DNA of 64,000 bases from Salinibacterium sp. (GTDB lineage Bacteria; Actinomycetota; Actinomycetes; Actinomycetales; Microbacteriaceae): contig JANXVG010000046.1 in NCBI GenBank assembly GCA_025351795.1, positions 23,052-87,051 on the forward strand. Reading direction: 5' to 3'. Both the position numbers and the translations under genes were made by a program. Numbering within the stretch: position 1 is the first letter of the stretch; the number at the start of each line of letters is the position of its first letter. The notes beneath the pieces are model-generated. The model ran no database searches, was not told the DNA's origin, and saw only the letters and a program-made list of their open reading frames with translations. Below, piece by piece: positions 9,181 to 18,300 of this stretch.

Positions 9181-9522
9181 ATGTGTAGTACCGACCAGTC
9201 GACCCGCGACCTGGGCTTAACCGACAAGAACCACGCTTGCACCTGCTCGGCCGACAATCACGACGGCAACCACAGCGACAACACCGACCAGCTCGGCAGC
9301 GACGTCGTTCGGGAGCACTATCTGGTCGAGGGGATGACCTGCAGCCACTGCGTCGCCAGCGTCACCGAAGAAGTCTCGGCCATCGACGGCGTCGAGAGCG
9401 TCAGCATCGACCTGAACGCCGGGGGCGCTTCTCGCATCATGGTCGTCAGCTCGAAACCCGTGCCGGTCGACGACATCCGCACTGCCGTGACCGAAGCGGG
9501 CTACTCGCTGGTGACCGCATAG
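9181..9522 (+). CDS. copZ: Copper chaperone CopZ (HMA domain) with a 45-aa Cys/His-containing N-terminal extension
   Basis: The C-terminal 68 aa form a canonical HMA fold ([18 protein letters not shown]...). The ATG at 9181 is preceded by GAGGAG. The extension reads MCSTDQ...[14 protein letters not shown]. Confidence 0.85.
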   Translation: MCSTDQSTRDLGLTDKNHACTCSADNHDGNHSDNTDQLGSDVVREHYLVEGMTCSHCVASVTEEVSAIDGVESVSIDLNAGGASRIMVVSSKPVPVDDIRTAVTEAGYSLVTA

Positions 9523-9524
9523 CC

Positions 9525-11777
9525 ATGACAACCACTGACGTCGACCTCGAGATCACGGGGATGACATGCGCCTCATGCGCTACCCGAATTGAGCGAAAGC
9601 TCAACCGGATCGAGGGCGTCACCGCAACCGTCAACTACGCCACCGAGAAGGCGCGCGTGCGGGCGATTGGGGTTGACACGGCTGCGCTCATTGCCGCGGT
9701 GGAATCTGCCGGGTACACCGCAGCGGTGCCCGCCTCTGCTCACGCCGCACGCGCGGCTGCAACCGTGCCGTCCCGAGACAGCGAAACAGCGGGGTTGCGA
9801 CGTCGACTGCTCGTGTCGGCTGCACTCGCCATACCTGTCGTTGTGCTGTCGATGATCCCCGCACTGCAGTTCACTAATTGGCAGTGGCTTGCCCTTACCC
9901 TGGCGGCCCCAGTGGTGGTGTGGGGTGCCTGGCCGTTCCACCGAGCTGCAGCGATAAATGCTCGTCACGGCGCGGCCACCATGGACACGCTGATCAGTGT
10001 CGGAGTCGTGGCCGCCTTCGGCTGGTCGTTGTACGCGCTGTTCTTCGGCCAGGCAGGCCTGCCCGGCATGCACATGACGTTTTCCTTCTTGGGCAACCCG
10101 AGCCGAGCCTCCGGCGAAATCTACCTTGAAGTCGCCTCGGCAGTGACCGTGTTCATCCTCGCCGGTCGGTACATTGAGGCGCGCGCCAAGAAGCAGTCAG
10201 GCGCAGCCCTTCAATCGCTCATCGAACTCGGCGCGAAAGATGCCTGTGTTGTGGTGGATGGTGTGGAGGTGCGGGTGCCGACCGCGTCCCTCGTGCCCGG
10301 CACCATCATCGTTGTTCGTCCCGGCGAAAAGATTGCCACCGACGGACTCATCATCGACGGCGCATCCGCTGTGGATATCAGCATGATTACCGGTGAATCA
10401 CTACCGACCGAAGTGGGGCCGGGTGACCGCGTGATCGGCGCCACCATCAACGTGAGCGGCCGTCTTCTCGTCGAGGTGACACGGGTCGGCGCAGACACCG
10501 AGCTAGCACGCATCGCCCGCATGGTCGAGGAAGCCCAAACCGGAAAGGCCGAAGTACAGCGCCTCGCCGACCGGGTTTCCGCGGTGTTCGTTCCGGTGGT
10601 TATTGGACTAGCGCTGATCACCTTCGCAGGGTGGTTGATCGTCAACGGCTCCGTGGAGCTCGCTTTCACTGCAGCCGTGGCGACGCTGATCATTGCGTGC
10701 CCGTGCGCGCTGGGGCTGGCGACGCCGACCGCGTTGCTCGTGGGCACCGGTCGTGGCTCTCAACTGGGAATACTCATCCGCGGCCCGCAAGTACTCGAAC
10801 TCACGCGCACGGTCGACACCATTGTGCTCGACAAGACCGGAACCGTCACCACCGGCAAAATGGGTGTCGCAACCGTCACCGTGTTCAACGGCACATCACC
10901 CGACGACCTGATGCGCATGGCCGCGTCGACCGAACACGGGTCAGAGCATCCCGTCGCCCACGCCATCGTCGACAAAGCACTCTCTCAGGGGCTATCCCTC
11001 GCTCACGTTGAATCGTTCAGCGCTCATGCCGGTCACGGTGTGCAGGCGCTCATCGACGGTCACCCCACGCTCGCCGGACAGGCCGGTTGGCTTGCGGACT
11101 CATGGTCAATCACCCTTCCTCCCGACGCCACAGCAGCGGTCGCCGATGGCGAAGCGGAGGGTGCCACTGTGATAGCGGTAGCGTGGGACCAAAAATTGCG
11201 CGGCATCATTGCTGTGCGCGATACCGTGAGAGCCTCTAGCGCGGAAGCGATCACCCGATTCCGCGCCCTCGGCCTCAGCCCAATTCTGCTCACCGGTGAC
11301 AACGCCGGCGCCGCTCACAGCGTTGCGGCAGAGGTGGGTATTGACGAGGTGCACGCCGGCGTCACCCCGCAGGGAAAACTCGACCTGATCCACGCTCTAC
11401 AGGCGGATGGTCGCGTGGTCGCGATGGTGGGCGACGGCGTGAACGACTCGGCGGCGCTGGCCGCTGCGGATCTCGGTATTGCCATGGGAGGCGGTGCCGA
11501 CGCAGCGATCGCAGCGAGCGATATCACGGTTGTCAGCGGTGACCTCCTCGCCGTGGCGGATGCCGTACGACTCGCTCGCCGCACCCTCGGGGTGATCAAG
11601 GGCAATCTGTTCTGGGCATTCGCCTACAACGTTGCGGCTATCCCCATCGCGATGCTCGGCTTGCTCAACCCACTACTGGCCGGTGCCGCGATGGCTTTCT
11701 CCTCCGTCTTTGTCGTCACGAACAGCCTCCGCCTGAGACGGTTCGCACCCACAGCCAGAGCACAGCCGATCCGCTAG
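9525..11777 (+). CDS. copA: Copper-exporting P1B-1 ATPase CopA
   Basis: The start is set at [23 protein letters not shown] (ATG 9525, 2 nt after the copZ stop). The ORF-track start at 9237 is an out-of-context extension overlapping copZ. Motifs present are CPC ([13 protein letters not shown]), DKTGTVT, LTGDN and [10 protein letters not shown]. Confidence 0.93.
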   Translation: MTTTDVDLEITGMTCASCATRIERKLNRIEGVTATVNYATEKARVRAIGVDTAALIAAVESAGYTAAVPASAHAARAAATVPSRDSETAGLRRRLLVSAALAIPVVVLSMIPALQFTNWQWLALTLAAPVVVWGAWPFHRAAAINARHGAATMDTLISVGVVAAFGWSLYALFFGQAGLPGMHMTFSFLGNPSRASGEIYLEVASAVTVFILAGRYIEARAKKQSGAALQSLIELGAKDACVVVDGVEVRVPTASLVPGTIIVVRPGEKIATDGLIIDGASAVDISMITGESLPTEVGPGDRVIGATINVSGRLLVEVTRVGADTELARIARMVEEAQTGKAEVQRLADRVSAVFVPVVIGLALITFAGWLIVNGSVELAFTAAVATLIIACPCALGLATPTALLVGTGRGSQLGILIRGPQVLELTRTVDTIVLDKTGTVTTGKMGVATVTVFNGTSPDDLMRMAASTEHGSEHPVAHAIVDKALSQGLSLAHVESFSAHAGHGVQALIDGHPTLAGQAGWLADSWSITLPPDATAAVADGEAEGATVIAVAWDQKLRGIIAVRDTVRASSAEAITRFRALGLSPILLTGDNAGAAHSVAAEVGIDEVHAGVTPQGKLDLIHALQADGRVVAMVGDGVNDSAALAAADLGIAMGGGADAAIAASDITVVSGDLLAVADAVRLARRTLGVIKGNLFWAFAYNVAAIPIAMLGLLNPLLAGAAMAFSSVFVVTNSLRLRRFAPTARAQPIR

Positions 11778-11790
11778 CGATGCGATTATC

Positions 11791-12267
11791 GTGGAGACGA
11801 CGGCAGGAGCTGACGTGGTGAGTCTGATCAGCACGCGGAACGCAATTCTGCGACCGAACGGGGCTCGTACGACGGTGTTTCTGCTCGGCATTGTCAGCGC
11901 GATCGTGCTTGGTCTACTGGCGATGCACACTGTCGCTTCGGCAATCGGCAGCCACAGTGATGTCGCCACTTCGGTGATGACGATGGAGAGCGCTGCGCAC
12001 CACACCGACCAAATCACCGGGGGCAACAGCGCGGCGCAAGGTCTCGGCGACTGCGTAGGGATCTGCGGTCCCGGCAACGGCATGGCAACCATGGTCTGCA
12101 TTCTTGCGCTTCTCTTCACGGCCCTGGTCGTCGTCGCGGCTCGAGCGGGCCGTGGTTCCGCCACGCTGCCTCTCGCCTGGCCGGCGCTGAACAGAATCGT
12201 GGCCTTCGCGGCGCTGAACACCAATGCGCCGCCCAGCCTGCATGCACTATCCATCAGTAGAACCTGA
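11791..12267 (+). CDS. Hypothetical small membrane protein (DUF6153-like), copper-locus associated
   Basis: 158 aa with a GTG start 14 nt after the copA stop. The N-terminal TM with LGLLAMH and a central Cys pair (GDCVGICGPG) followed by a second TM resemble the DUF6153 pattern seen near actinobacterial Cu genes. The family assignment is from memory. Confidence 0.5.
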   Translation: METTAGADVVSLISTRNAILRPNGARTTVFLLGIVSAIVLGLLAMHTVASAIGSHSDVATSVMTMESAAHHTDQITGGNSAAQGLGDCVGICGPGNGMATMVCILALLFTALVVVAARAGRGSATLPLAWPALNRIVAFAALNTNAPPSLHALSISRT

Positions 12268-12336
12268 TTCGGTGCGCCCACTCACGGGCGATTGCACCCA
12301 CCGAATTATTCACTTCACCTGATTGGATTTACACGC

Positions 12337-12942
12337 ATGTCAAAAATTCGCTTCACACTCGTCATGACGGGGGCTGTCGCTGTCGCGATCACCCTCGCTG
12401 CCTGTTCTTCGACATCCGGTTCGGCATCGATGGATGGCATGAACAATGGTGGCAACGGGTCGTCAGCCACGTCGACCTCGAACACCGGGTTGTTCAACGA
12501 CTCCGATGTCGCCTTTGCGATGGGCATGGTGCCTCATCACCAACAGGCGGTCGAGATGGCCGACATCATCCTGAAAAAAGAGGGGATCGACAGCAACGTC
12601 ATCGCGCTTGCCACGACGATCAAAACAGCCCAAGGGCCCGAGATAACGACCATGAAAGCCTGGCTCACATCGTGGGGTTCCCCCACCGACATGTCCGGAA
12701 TGCAGATGGGCAACGGGATGATGTCAGACGCCGACATGTCAGCGTTGGCTGCATCAACCGGTTTGGCAGCGTCGAAACTGTTCCTCCAACAGATGACGCA
12801 GCACCATCAAGGAGCAATCGCGATGGCAACGGTGCAAATGAACGGCGGCAAGAACGCCGATGCCGTAGCTCTCGCACACAGAATCGTCACAGCTCAGACG
12901 GCTGAAATCGCCCAGATGGCTTACCTGCTCAGCACACTGTAA
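12337..12942 (+). CDS. DUF305-family lipoprotein (four-helix, His-rich motifs)
   Basis: MSKIRFTLVMTGAVAVAITLAACSS is a signal peptide plus lipobox. Two HH motifs (MVPHHQQAVEMA, MTQHHQGAIAMA) are typical of DUF305. The ORF-track start at 12292 is probably too long. Confidence 0.85.
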   Translation: MSKIRFTLVMTGAVAVAITLAACSSTSGSASMDGMNNGGNGSSATSTSNTGLFNDSDVAFAMGMVPHHQQAVEMADIILKKEGIDSNVIALATTIKTAQGPEITTMKAWLTSWGSPTDMSGMQMGNGMMSDADMSALAASTGLAASKLFLQQMTQHHQGAIAMATVQMNGGKNADAVALAHRIVTAQTAEIAQMAYLLSTL

Positions 12943-12970
12943 GAGATCCACACCGGCCGCGTGCGGCGGC

Positions 12971-13012
12971 CGCGGGTCACGCGCCGCGGGTCACGCGCCG
13001 CGGGTCACGCGC
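12971..13012. repeat. Perfect 14-bp tandem repeat x3 (cgcgggtcacgcgc)
   Basis: Three identical contiguous copies, read directly, 29 nt after the DUF305 stop. Confidence 0.97.
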
Positions 13013-13018
13013 CGCGCC

Positions 13019-13074
13019 GAGAGTGCAGAAACGTGGGGTGCGACCCAAGTCGTACCCCGTGTTTCTGCACTCTC
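13019..13074 (+). terminator. 26-bp-stem hairpin between convergent genes (putative terminator or structured element)
   Basis: gagagtgcagaaacgtggggtgcgac-ccaa-gtcgtaccccgtgtttctgcactctc. There are 23 Watson-Crick pairs plus 3 G-U pairs on the plus-strand transcript. These become C-A mismatches on the minus transcript. No U-tract follows. Confidence 0.5.
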
Positions 13075-13127
13075 GGCGCGGGAGGCGGCACGGGAGGGCG
13101 GCGCAGCGCGACACGGCGCGAGCGAAA

Positions 13128-13826
13128 CTACGCCCGCGGTCGCCAGAGCGGCGGATGCGGCATCCGCTTCTCTCGATACAACCGAAGCGCGAATGGAGCC
13201 CAGACGATCACGGCGACCCCCGCGCCGACGAGCAGTCCGCCGATGGTGTCGGAGATCCAGTGGGCACCGAGGTAGGTGCGACTGATCATCATCGCAACCG
13301 TGTAGACGGCACCGGCTGCCCACACCCAGGTTCGCGGGAAAATGATCGCCATGGTGGCGGCGATGAGCGCCGCATTCGCACTGTGGCCAGACGGGAATGA
13401 TCCGAAGTCAGCCTGCACGAGTGCGTCAAGGGGCCGCGGTCGACCGATGAGCACTTTGAGCAACTGCACGACTGCCGCGCTCGAGGCCGCCGCAATCGCG
13501 AAGTACAGGGCCGCCCACGGTCGTCGCCAGACCAGTAGAGCAACGATCACCAGGGCGGGGACCACCGCGACCGCGAAGATGCCCCCACCAAAAAAGTTAA
13601 AGATCAGCGCCGGCGTGGTCCAGAGAGCCGACCTGTGCTCGATGATCTCGCTCATCCATTCGATTTCGAAGCCGAATGGTTTGTCTTTCTCCCGGTAGAC
13701 GATGACGACGGCGAGCACGACGACCAGCCCGAGCGCAGCACCCGCTGACACCAACGGCCAGCGTCGCGCCACCGTGATGGTCGTGGCGCGCTTCAGTACC
13801 TCGTGCTCTGCGGGCGGTAGTGACAT
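13128..13826 (-). CDS. PAP2-family (type 2 phosphatidic acid / polyprenyl-diphosphate) phosphatase, membrane
   Basis: All three PAP2 motifs are present: KVLIGRPRP, SFPSGHS and SRTYLGAHWISD. The protein is polytopic. Confidence 0.85.
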   Translation of the reverse strand: MSLPPAEHEVLKRATTITVARRWPLVSAGAALGLVVVLAVVIVYREKDKPFGFEIEWMSEIIEHRSALWTTPALIFNFFGGGIFAVAVVPALVIVALLVWRRPWAALYFAIAAASSAAVVQLLKVLIGRPRPLDALVQADFGSFPSGHSANAALIAATMAIIFPRTWVWAAGAVYTVAMMISRTYLGAHWISDTIGGLLVGAGVAVIVWAPFALRLYREKRMPHPPLWRPRA

Positions 13827-14231
13827 GCTGCTCCCCTAACGAGCCGTGCGTAACCCATCTTCGAGTGTGGCACGTCAGCGACACCGGATGCCCCGCTCTC
13901 GCTTCACCTCATTCTGACCTGCGAGCGGCGCCATCCAGTACCACCGGAGCAACGACCGGCCATGATTGAGCCATGGCAATTTCGGTACTCAATTTTACTC
14001 GCGCCGGCGATTCTCGTCACGGCGCTTGGCTGCCTCAAGAGCCGTACGATCGGGTTTCCCATCAACCGACCGACTACCGTGGTGTAGTCGACGTAGAAGT
14101 CACCACTCCGTTCGACCACGTGGTCGGATCGTGGCATGCAATCACCGCGAATCTACTCGACGTAGCGTCATCACAAGCATCATGATCCTCATCCACCGCA
14201 CCACGATCTACGAAATGACACGGCCTGCCTC

Positions 14232-14999
14232 ATGAACACCGTCCTCGTCATCATTCCCACCTACAACGAGAGCGAAACCATCGCCACGATGATTGCGCGG
14301 GTCAGCGCAGCCGTGCCTGGTGCGCACGTGCTCGTCGTCGACGATAACTCACCCGACGGTACGGGTGATCTTGTCGACGCCATCGCCACGCGCGACGACA
14401 GTGTGCACGTCCTGCACCGTGCCGGCAAACTTGGACTCGGCAGTGCGTACCGCACCGGGCTCGCCTGGGGGATCGCGAACAGCTATGCCTACCTCGTCGA
14501 GCTGGACGGAGATGGCTCGCACCAACCCGAGGAGTTGCCGTCGCTGCTCAACGCCGCAGCGGCATCCGACGTGGTGCTCGGCTCGCGCTGGGTGACCGGC
14601 GGAGCTGTCGTCGACTGGCCACGACGACGAGTGCTGCTCTCGAAGGGCGGCAGCTGGTACGCCCGAACGATGCTCGGGATGCCGTACCGGGACGTTACCG
14701 GCGGCTACCGGGTGTTTAGCGCTCATGCACTCGCAAGCTTCGACTTCGAGCACGTGGTGAGCGAGGGATATTGTTTCCAGATTGAAATGTTGTGGAAAGC
14801 CCATCGCGCGGGTCTGACGATCATCGAGGCCCCCATTAGCTTCGTCGAACGACGCTTCGGCACCTCCAAGATGAGTACCGGAATTGTTGTCGAGGCAGTG
14901 CTGCGAGTTGGCATCTGGGGCTTCCGCAGAGTCGTTTCAGCGGTTGCTTCCCGATTTCGGCGCACCCCCACTGCCGATGTCAGAAGCGTCAAGCGATAA
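14232..14999 (+). CDS. ppm1: Polyprenol-phosphate mannose synthase (GT2, Ppm1/DPM1-like)
   Basis: VIIPTYNESETI...VVDDNSPDGTGDLV...GLGSAY...ELDGDGSHQP...GSRW...GGYR.F is the classic DPM1-type GT2 catalytic domain (255 aa). Confidence 0.88.
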   Translation: MNTVLVIIPTYNESETIATMIARVSAAVPGAHVLVVDDNSPDGTGDLVDAIATRDDSVHVLHRAGKLGLGSAYRTGLAWGIANSYAYLVELDGDGSHQPEELPSLLNAAAASDVVLGSRWVTGGAVVDWPRRRVLLSKGGSWYARTMLGMPYRDVTGGYRVFSAHALASFDFEHVVSEGYCFQIEMLWKAHRAGLTIIEAPISFVERRFGTSKMSTGIVVEAVLRVGIWGFRRVVSAVASRFRRTPTADVRSVKR

Positions 15000-15049
15000 C
15001 CCGTCGCTCAGCAGGATCGTGCGGCCGCGAGCGGCACATGAGCGGCACA

Positions 15050-15712
15050 CTATGGCGTGCTGTCTTCGTGGCCGACAGCGAAGATCGCGGATGCCTCCCG
15101 GATCGCATATGCCACGATCACGAGACCTGCGAGCGGATCTGCCCACCACCACCCGAGCACGGCGTTCAGTAGCAGCCCGACGAGCACTGCGACCGCGAGC
15201 AGCCCGTCAACGAAGGTGACGCGGCCCTCGGCAGAGAGTACCGGGTTGGCGAGAGCCTTGCCGGTTCGCGCTTTCGCCGCGGCCAGCGTGAACATGACAA
15301 CCGCGGTGATTGCCGACCACGCAACGCCGCCAGGGCTCGTAATCGCCCGATGCTGCGCGATCAAGGCGAGACCGGATTGCGCGCCTATGTAGGCGGCGAG
15401 CACGAGAAAGGCGACGCCGATGAGGCGAAGGGCGAAATCCGAGCGCGCCATGCCGGTTCCCGCGAGTTGCCAGATGACGATCACGCTCGCACCGATCTCG
15501 ACCAGACTGTCGAGGCCGAACCCCAGGAGTGCGACCGACCCGGATTGCATCGTCAGTATCGCAAGCACGAGGACGCCGCCCGCATTCCAGCCGAGAGTGA
15601 TCCACTCAAGCAGGAACCCGCGACGCCGAAGTCGCGCCGTGGCGTTCAGTTGTGCGGTCACTACGCCAGTCTGAACCAGTTGCCTCGATTCGTTCAGTTC
15701 TGCCGCATTCAC
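15050..15712 (-). CDS. Short cation-efflux-family membrane protein (CDF TM domain only)
   Basis: 220 aa. LEWITLGWNAGGVLVLA...SVALLGFGLDSLVEIGAS resembles the TM domain of cation_efflux proteins, without a C-terminal cytoplasmic domain. Confidence 0.65.
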   Translation of the reverse strand: MNAAELNESRQLVQTGVVTAQLNATARLRRRGFLLEWITLGWNAGGVLVLAILTMQSGSVALLGFGLDSLVEIGASVIVIWQLAGTGMARSDFALRLIGVAFLVLAAYIGAQSGLALIAQHRAITSPGGVAWSAITAVVMFTLAAAKARTGKALANPVLSAEGRVTFVDGLLAVAVLVGLLLNAVLGWWWADPLAGLVIVAYAIREASAIFAVGHEDSTP

Positions 15713-15778
15713 CGGAAGCCCGGGCGCCCGCTAGTGCGCGGAGCGAGAAGTCGGTCGCCCCCCCAGCACCGGTCGAGC

Positions 15779-16564
15779 TCAGGTGACCGCCCCGCGTCGG
15801 AACAGCCGCGTGCGCACCTCGTCGTCGAGTGGTCTGGTTTTTACGTCACCGAGCAGCCTGGCGAGCGTGGTCGCAGTAATGGTGCCGGCCGCGAGAATGC
15901 AGGCGAGAACCACAACCTGAAACCGGCCAGCCTCGAGCGGTGACGCCCCACCGAAGATCGCGCCGACGAATGCCCCGGGTAAGACAACAATCCCCGTCGT
16001 TCTGGTCTGGTCGATCGAGGGAATCAATGCCGACCGCACGGCGCTCCTCGCCAGTTGCCTCGTCGACTGGATGGGTCTGGCGCCGAGTGCGAGCCAGCCT
16101 TCGACCTCATCCCAGTGGTCCCGAACTGACAGGTGAAAGATACGCGCGGTGAGGGTGGCGATGGTCATCGTATTGCCAACCACAATCCCGCCGATCGCGA
16201 GCACGTACCGCGGCGAGAATTCGATCGCCCCTGTGGCAAGCACGATCACGAGAACCACCACATTGCCAACCAGCATGGCGACGCCGAGCGACACGACCTG
16301 CTTAGCGGTCGCGCGGATGCGACGAGCCACGGTCGCCACGGCAGCTACGAACATGACGACAAGACCGACACCTACCCACAGTGGATCCCGCAGAATGCCG
16401 GTGAGCACGAGGCTGAGTGCGGCGAGTTGCAGAACGGCGCGAGCGAGCGCTGAGAGCGCAGCGAGCGGCTGGGACGTTCGAAATACGGCGAGCCCCGTGG
16501 TGGCAATCGCAGCGAGCAAGACCAGCGCCACGAGCGTCGGTACCCACGGCTGCAGCCATCCCAT
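15779..16564 (-). CDS. UPF0014/FetB(YbbM)-like ABC-type permease
   Basis: 261 aa and polytopic. The conserved C-terminal stretch ALIPSIDQTRTTGIVVLPGAFVGAIFGG is typical of the FetB/YbbM family. Confidence 0.7.
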   Translation of the reverse strand: MGWLQPWVPTLVALVLLAAIATTGLAVFRTSQPLAALSALARAVLQLAALSLVLTGILRDPLWVGVGLVVMFVAAVATVARRIRATAKQVVSLGVAMLVGNVVVLVIVLATGAIEFSPRYVLAIGGIVVGNTMTIATLTARIFHLSVRDHWDEVEGWLALGARPIQSTRQLARSAVRSALIPSIDQTRTTGIVVLPGAFVGAIFGGASPLEAGRFQVVVLACILAAGTITATTLARLLGDVKTRPLDDEVRTRLFRRGAVT

Positions 16565-17664
16565 GGCTTCGACCTTATGCCAGGGCAGTGCATCAGCCCT
16601 GCGAGCAAATGAGAAACTTCGTAGGACACCCCGAAACGTGAACCTGGAACTCGCTAATGACCCGAAGCGGATGTCGATGGTTCTCGCCCGTTAGAACTGG
16701 CCCGCTTTCACACAGCATCGCCATCGCGGCCAGTTCGTCACCATCCATAATTGGCGAGGATGAGTTTCGGGGCCCTTGTGGCACGCAACACCGGTGTCGT
16801 GTGTGTGCGGAACCCCACGCTCTTCCCACGTGACACCCCGTAACCAACTCGCATCAATTCTTCGCGACCCCTCAACGCGACGCTCGCGCCGTGGAGAGGC
16901 CCGCGGCGATCAGTGCCAGAGGCGCGAGGAGCCCGGTGGCGGTATCCAGTCCTGCCGCCGCGCCGTTCGGGGTGGCGATGTGGGAATCGCTTGCACCGCT
17001 GGCCAGCGCGTATGCCGCGCCGGGGGGCTCGCTGCAACGAACCGCATCAATTCAGTTGATAGATAAAGATCTCCGAATGCCCCGTGGCCTCCGCTATCGA
17101 GCACCTTGATGACGGCGTTTCGGGGAAGCTGTTCGTCCAGCACGTCGGCGCTCGAAATGATCATGCTCAACCTTCGTAGAACTACGGAATTGGCTCGGCT
17201 GCCTTGTCGCCGAAGGAGACAGTCGGTTCATCGCGGTTGCCTCCGCCCGCCGCGCGCGAATCCTCAGCCGGTGATTCGAGTCCGGCCCAATTATGCTCTT
17301 GCCAATCTTCGGGTCAATAGTAGTTAGGTGGTTATGCATAGTCACACTCCGGATGGGCCGGATCGGGAACCGTGAGCTGCACGCAAATGACCGGAATGCA
17401 AGACGTGTCGTTAACACCATCGTTGGAATTGGCCTGCGTACCCGACGGGCACAGAATCGGCCCGGCTGGTATTGGTGCCACAACGACAACCGGAGCCGGG
17501 TCAACGAGGTTGGCCCCGAAGCACAACGTAATTCTCGAAGTTTGACCGACACTTGCGTTGCCAGCCACGAGCAGTACTCGCAATTGAATAATCGCACGTA
17601 CAGTGCACGGACCATTTACCGCTTGGGGAACCCGGTCCCAAATTATCTTTCTGATCAGGCCTTG

Positions 17665-17740
<76 letters not shown>

Positions 17741-17820
17741 GTGAGCCCCCACCGCGAAGGCGGGGCCGACGAATCAGATTAGCATGAGAGACGACCGTCG
17801 ACGACAGCACAGGGAGCGCC

Positions 17821-18300
17821 ATGGCAGCGATCAACGAGAGGCTCACGGCGGGGGTTGCCGCGCCCGATTTCACTCTCACCGACGCAGACGGGGCATCCGT
17901 TTCACTCAGTGACTTCCGCGGGAAGAGTCTGATCCTATATTTCTACCCCGAGGCGCTGACACCGGGATGCACGACACAGGCATGCGACTTTCGCGACAGC
18001 CTCAACTCGCTACGGTCGACCGGCTACCAGGTGATCGGAGTATCCCGCGACGCGCCGTCGAAGCTGCGCAAGTTTCGGGATGAGCACTCTCTTAACTTTC
18101 TGCTGCTCTCTGACCCCGACCTCACTGTGCATGGGCTGTACTCGACGTGGGGCGAGAAGAACCTGTACGGCAAGAAGGTGACCGGAGTGATCCGCTCGAC
18201 CTTTGTGATCAATGAGGCGGGAGTCGTGACGATGCCGCTCTACAACGTGAAGGCCACCGGCCACGTCGCTTCGTTGCGCAAGAAGCTCGGGCTCGACTAG
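17821..18300 (+). CDS. bcp: Thiol peroxidase Bcp (peroxiredoxin Q family)
   Basis: 159 aa with FYPEALTPGCTTQACDFRD (PxxxTxxC active site plus resolving Cys). Confidence 0.92.
   Translation: MAAINERLTAGVAAPDFTLTDADGASVSLSDFRGKSLILYFYPEALTPGCTTQACDFRDSLNSLRSTGYQVIGVSRDAPSKLRKFRDEHSLNFLLLSDPDLTVHGLYSTWGEKNLYGKKVTGVIRSTFVINEAGVVTMPLYNVKATGHVASLRKKLGLD

Noticed and set aside
9237-9524. N-terminal 96-codon extension of copA in the ORF track (overlapping copZ in another frame)
   Set aside because: The extension is Arg-rich nonsense. The canonical start [18 protein letters not shown] begins 2 nt after the copZ stop.
11673-12281. 202-aa minus-strand ORF opposite the DUF6153-like gene
   Set aside because: It overlaps the copA 3' end in antisense and its composition is Ala/Arg/Pro-rich. 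The plus-strand frame shows TM helices and fits the operon spacing.
13973-14185. 70-aa ORF in the PAP2/ppm1 divergent region, briefly considered as RbpA-like because rbpA neighbours ppm1 in mycobacteria
   Set aside because: The sequence bears no resemblance to RbpA as I recall it, GC3 is about 53%, and the DNA is promoter-like.
16593-16847. 84-aa minus-strand ORF just upstream of the FetB-like gene, considered as a relic of the FetA ATPase C-terminus
   Set aside because: No ABC signature, Walker B or H-loop is recognisable in this or adjacent frames. It is left as an open question under the orphan-permease finding.
16872-17051. Frame ending ...GLDTATGLLAPLALIAAGLSTARASR, resembling an LPXTG/LAXTG sorting signal
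   Set aside because: It has no start codon after the upstream in-frame stop. The motif is not a true LPXTG or LAXTG, and no upstream surface-protein body is present. At best it is a decayed fragment.
17332-17583. 83-codon Cys-rich ORF considered as a RiPP/lanthipeptide precursor or secreted Cys-knot peptide
   Set aside because: It has a TTG start without a Shine-Dalgarno sequence and GC3 of only about 60%. It has no signal peptide or leader-like region, and no modification, transport or immunity genes nearby. It is kept only as part of the tRNA-flank finding.
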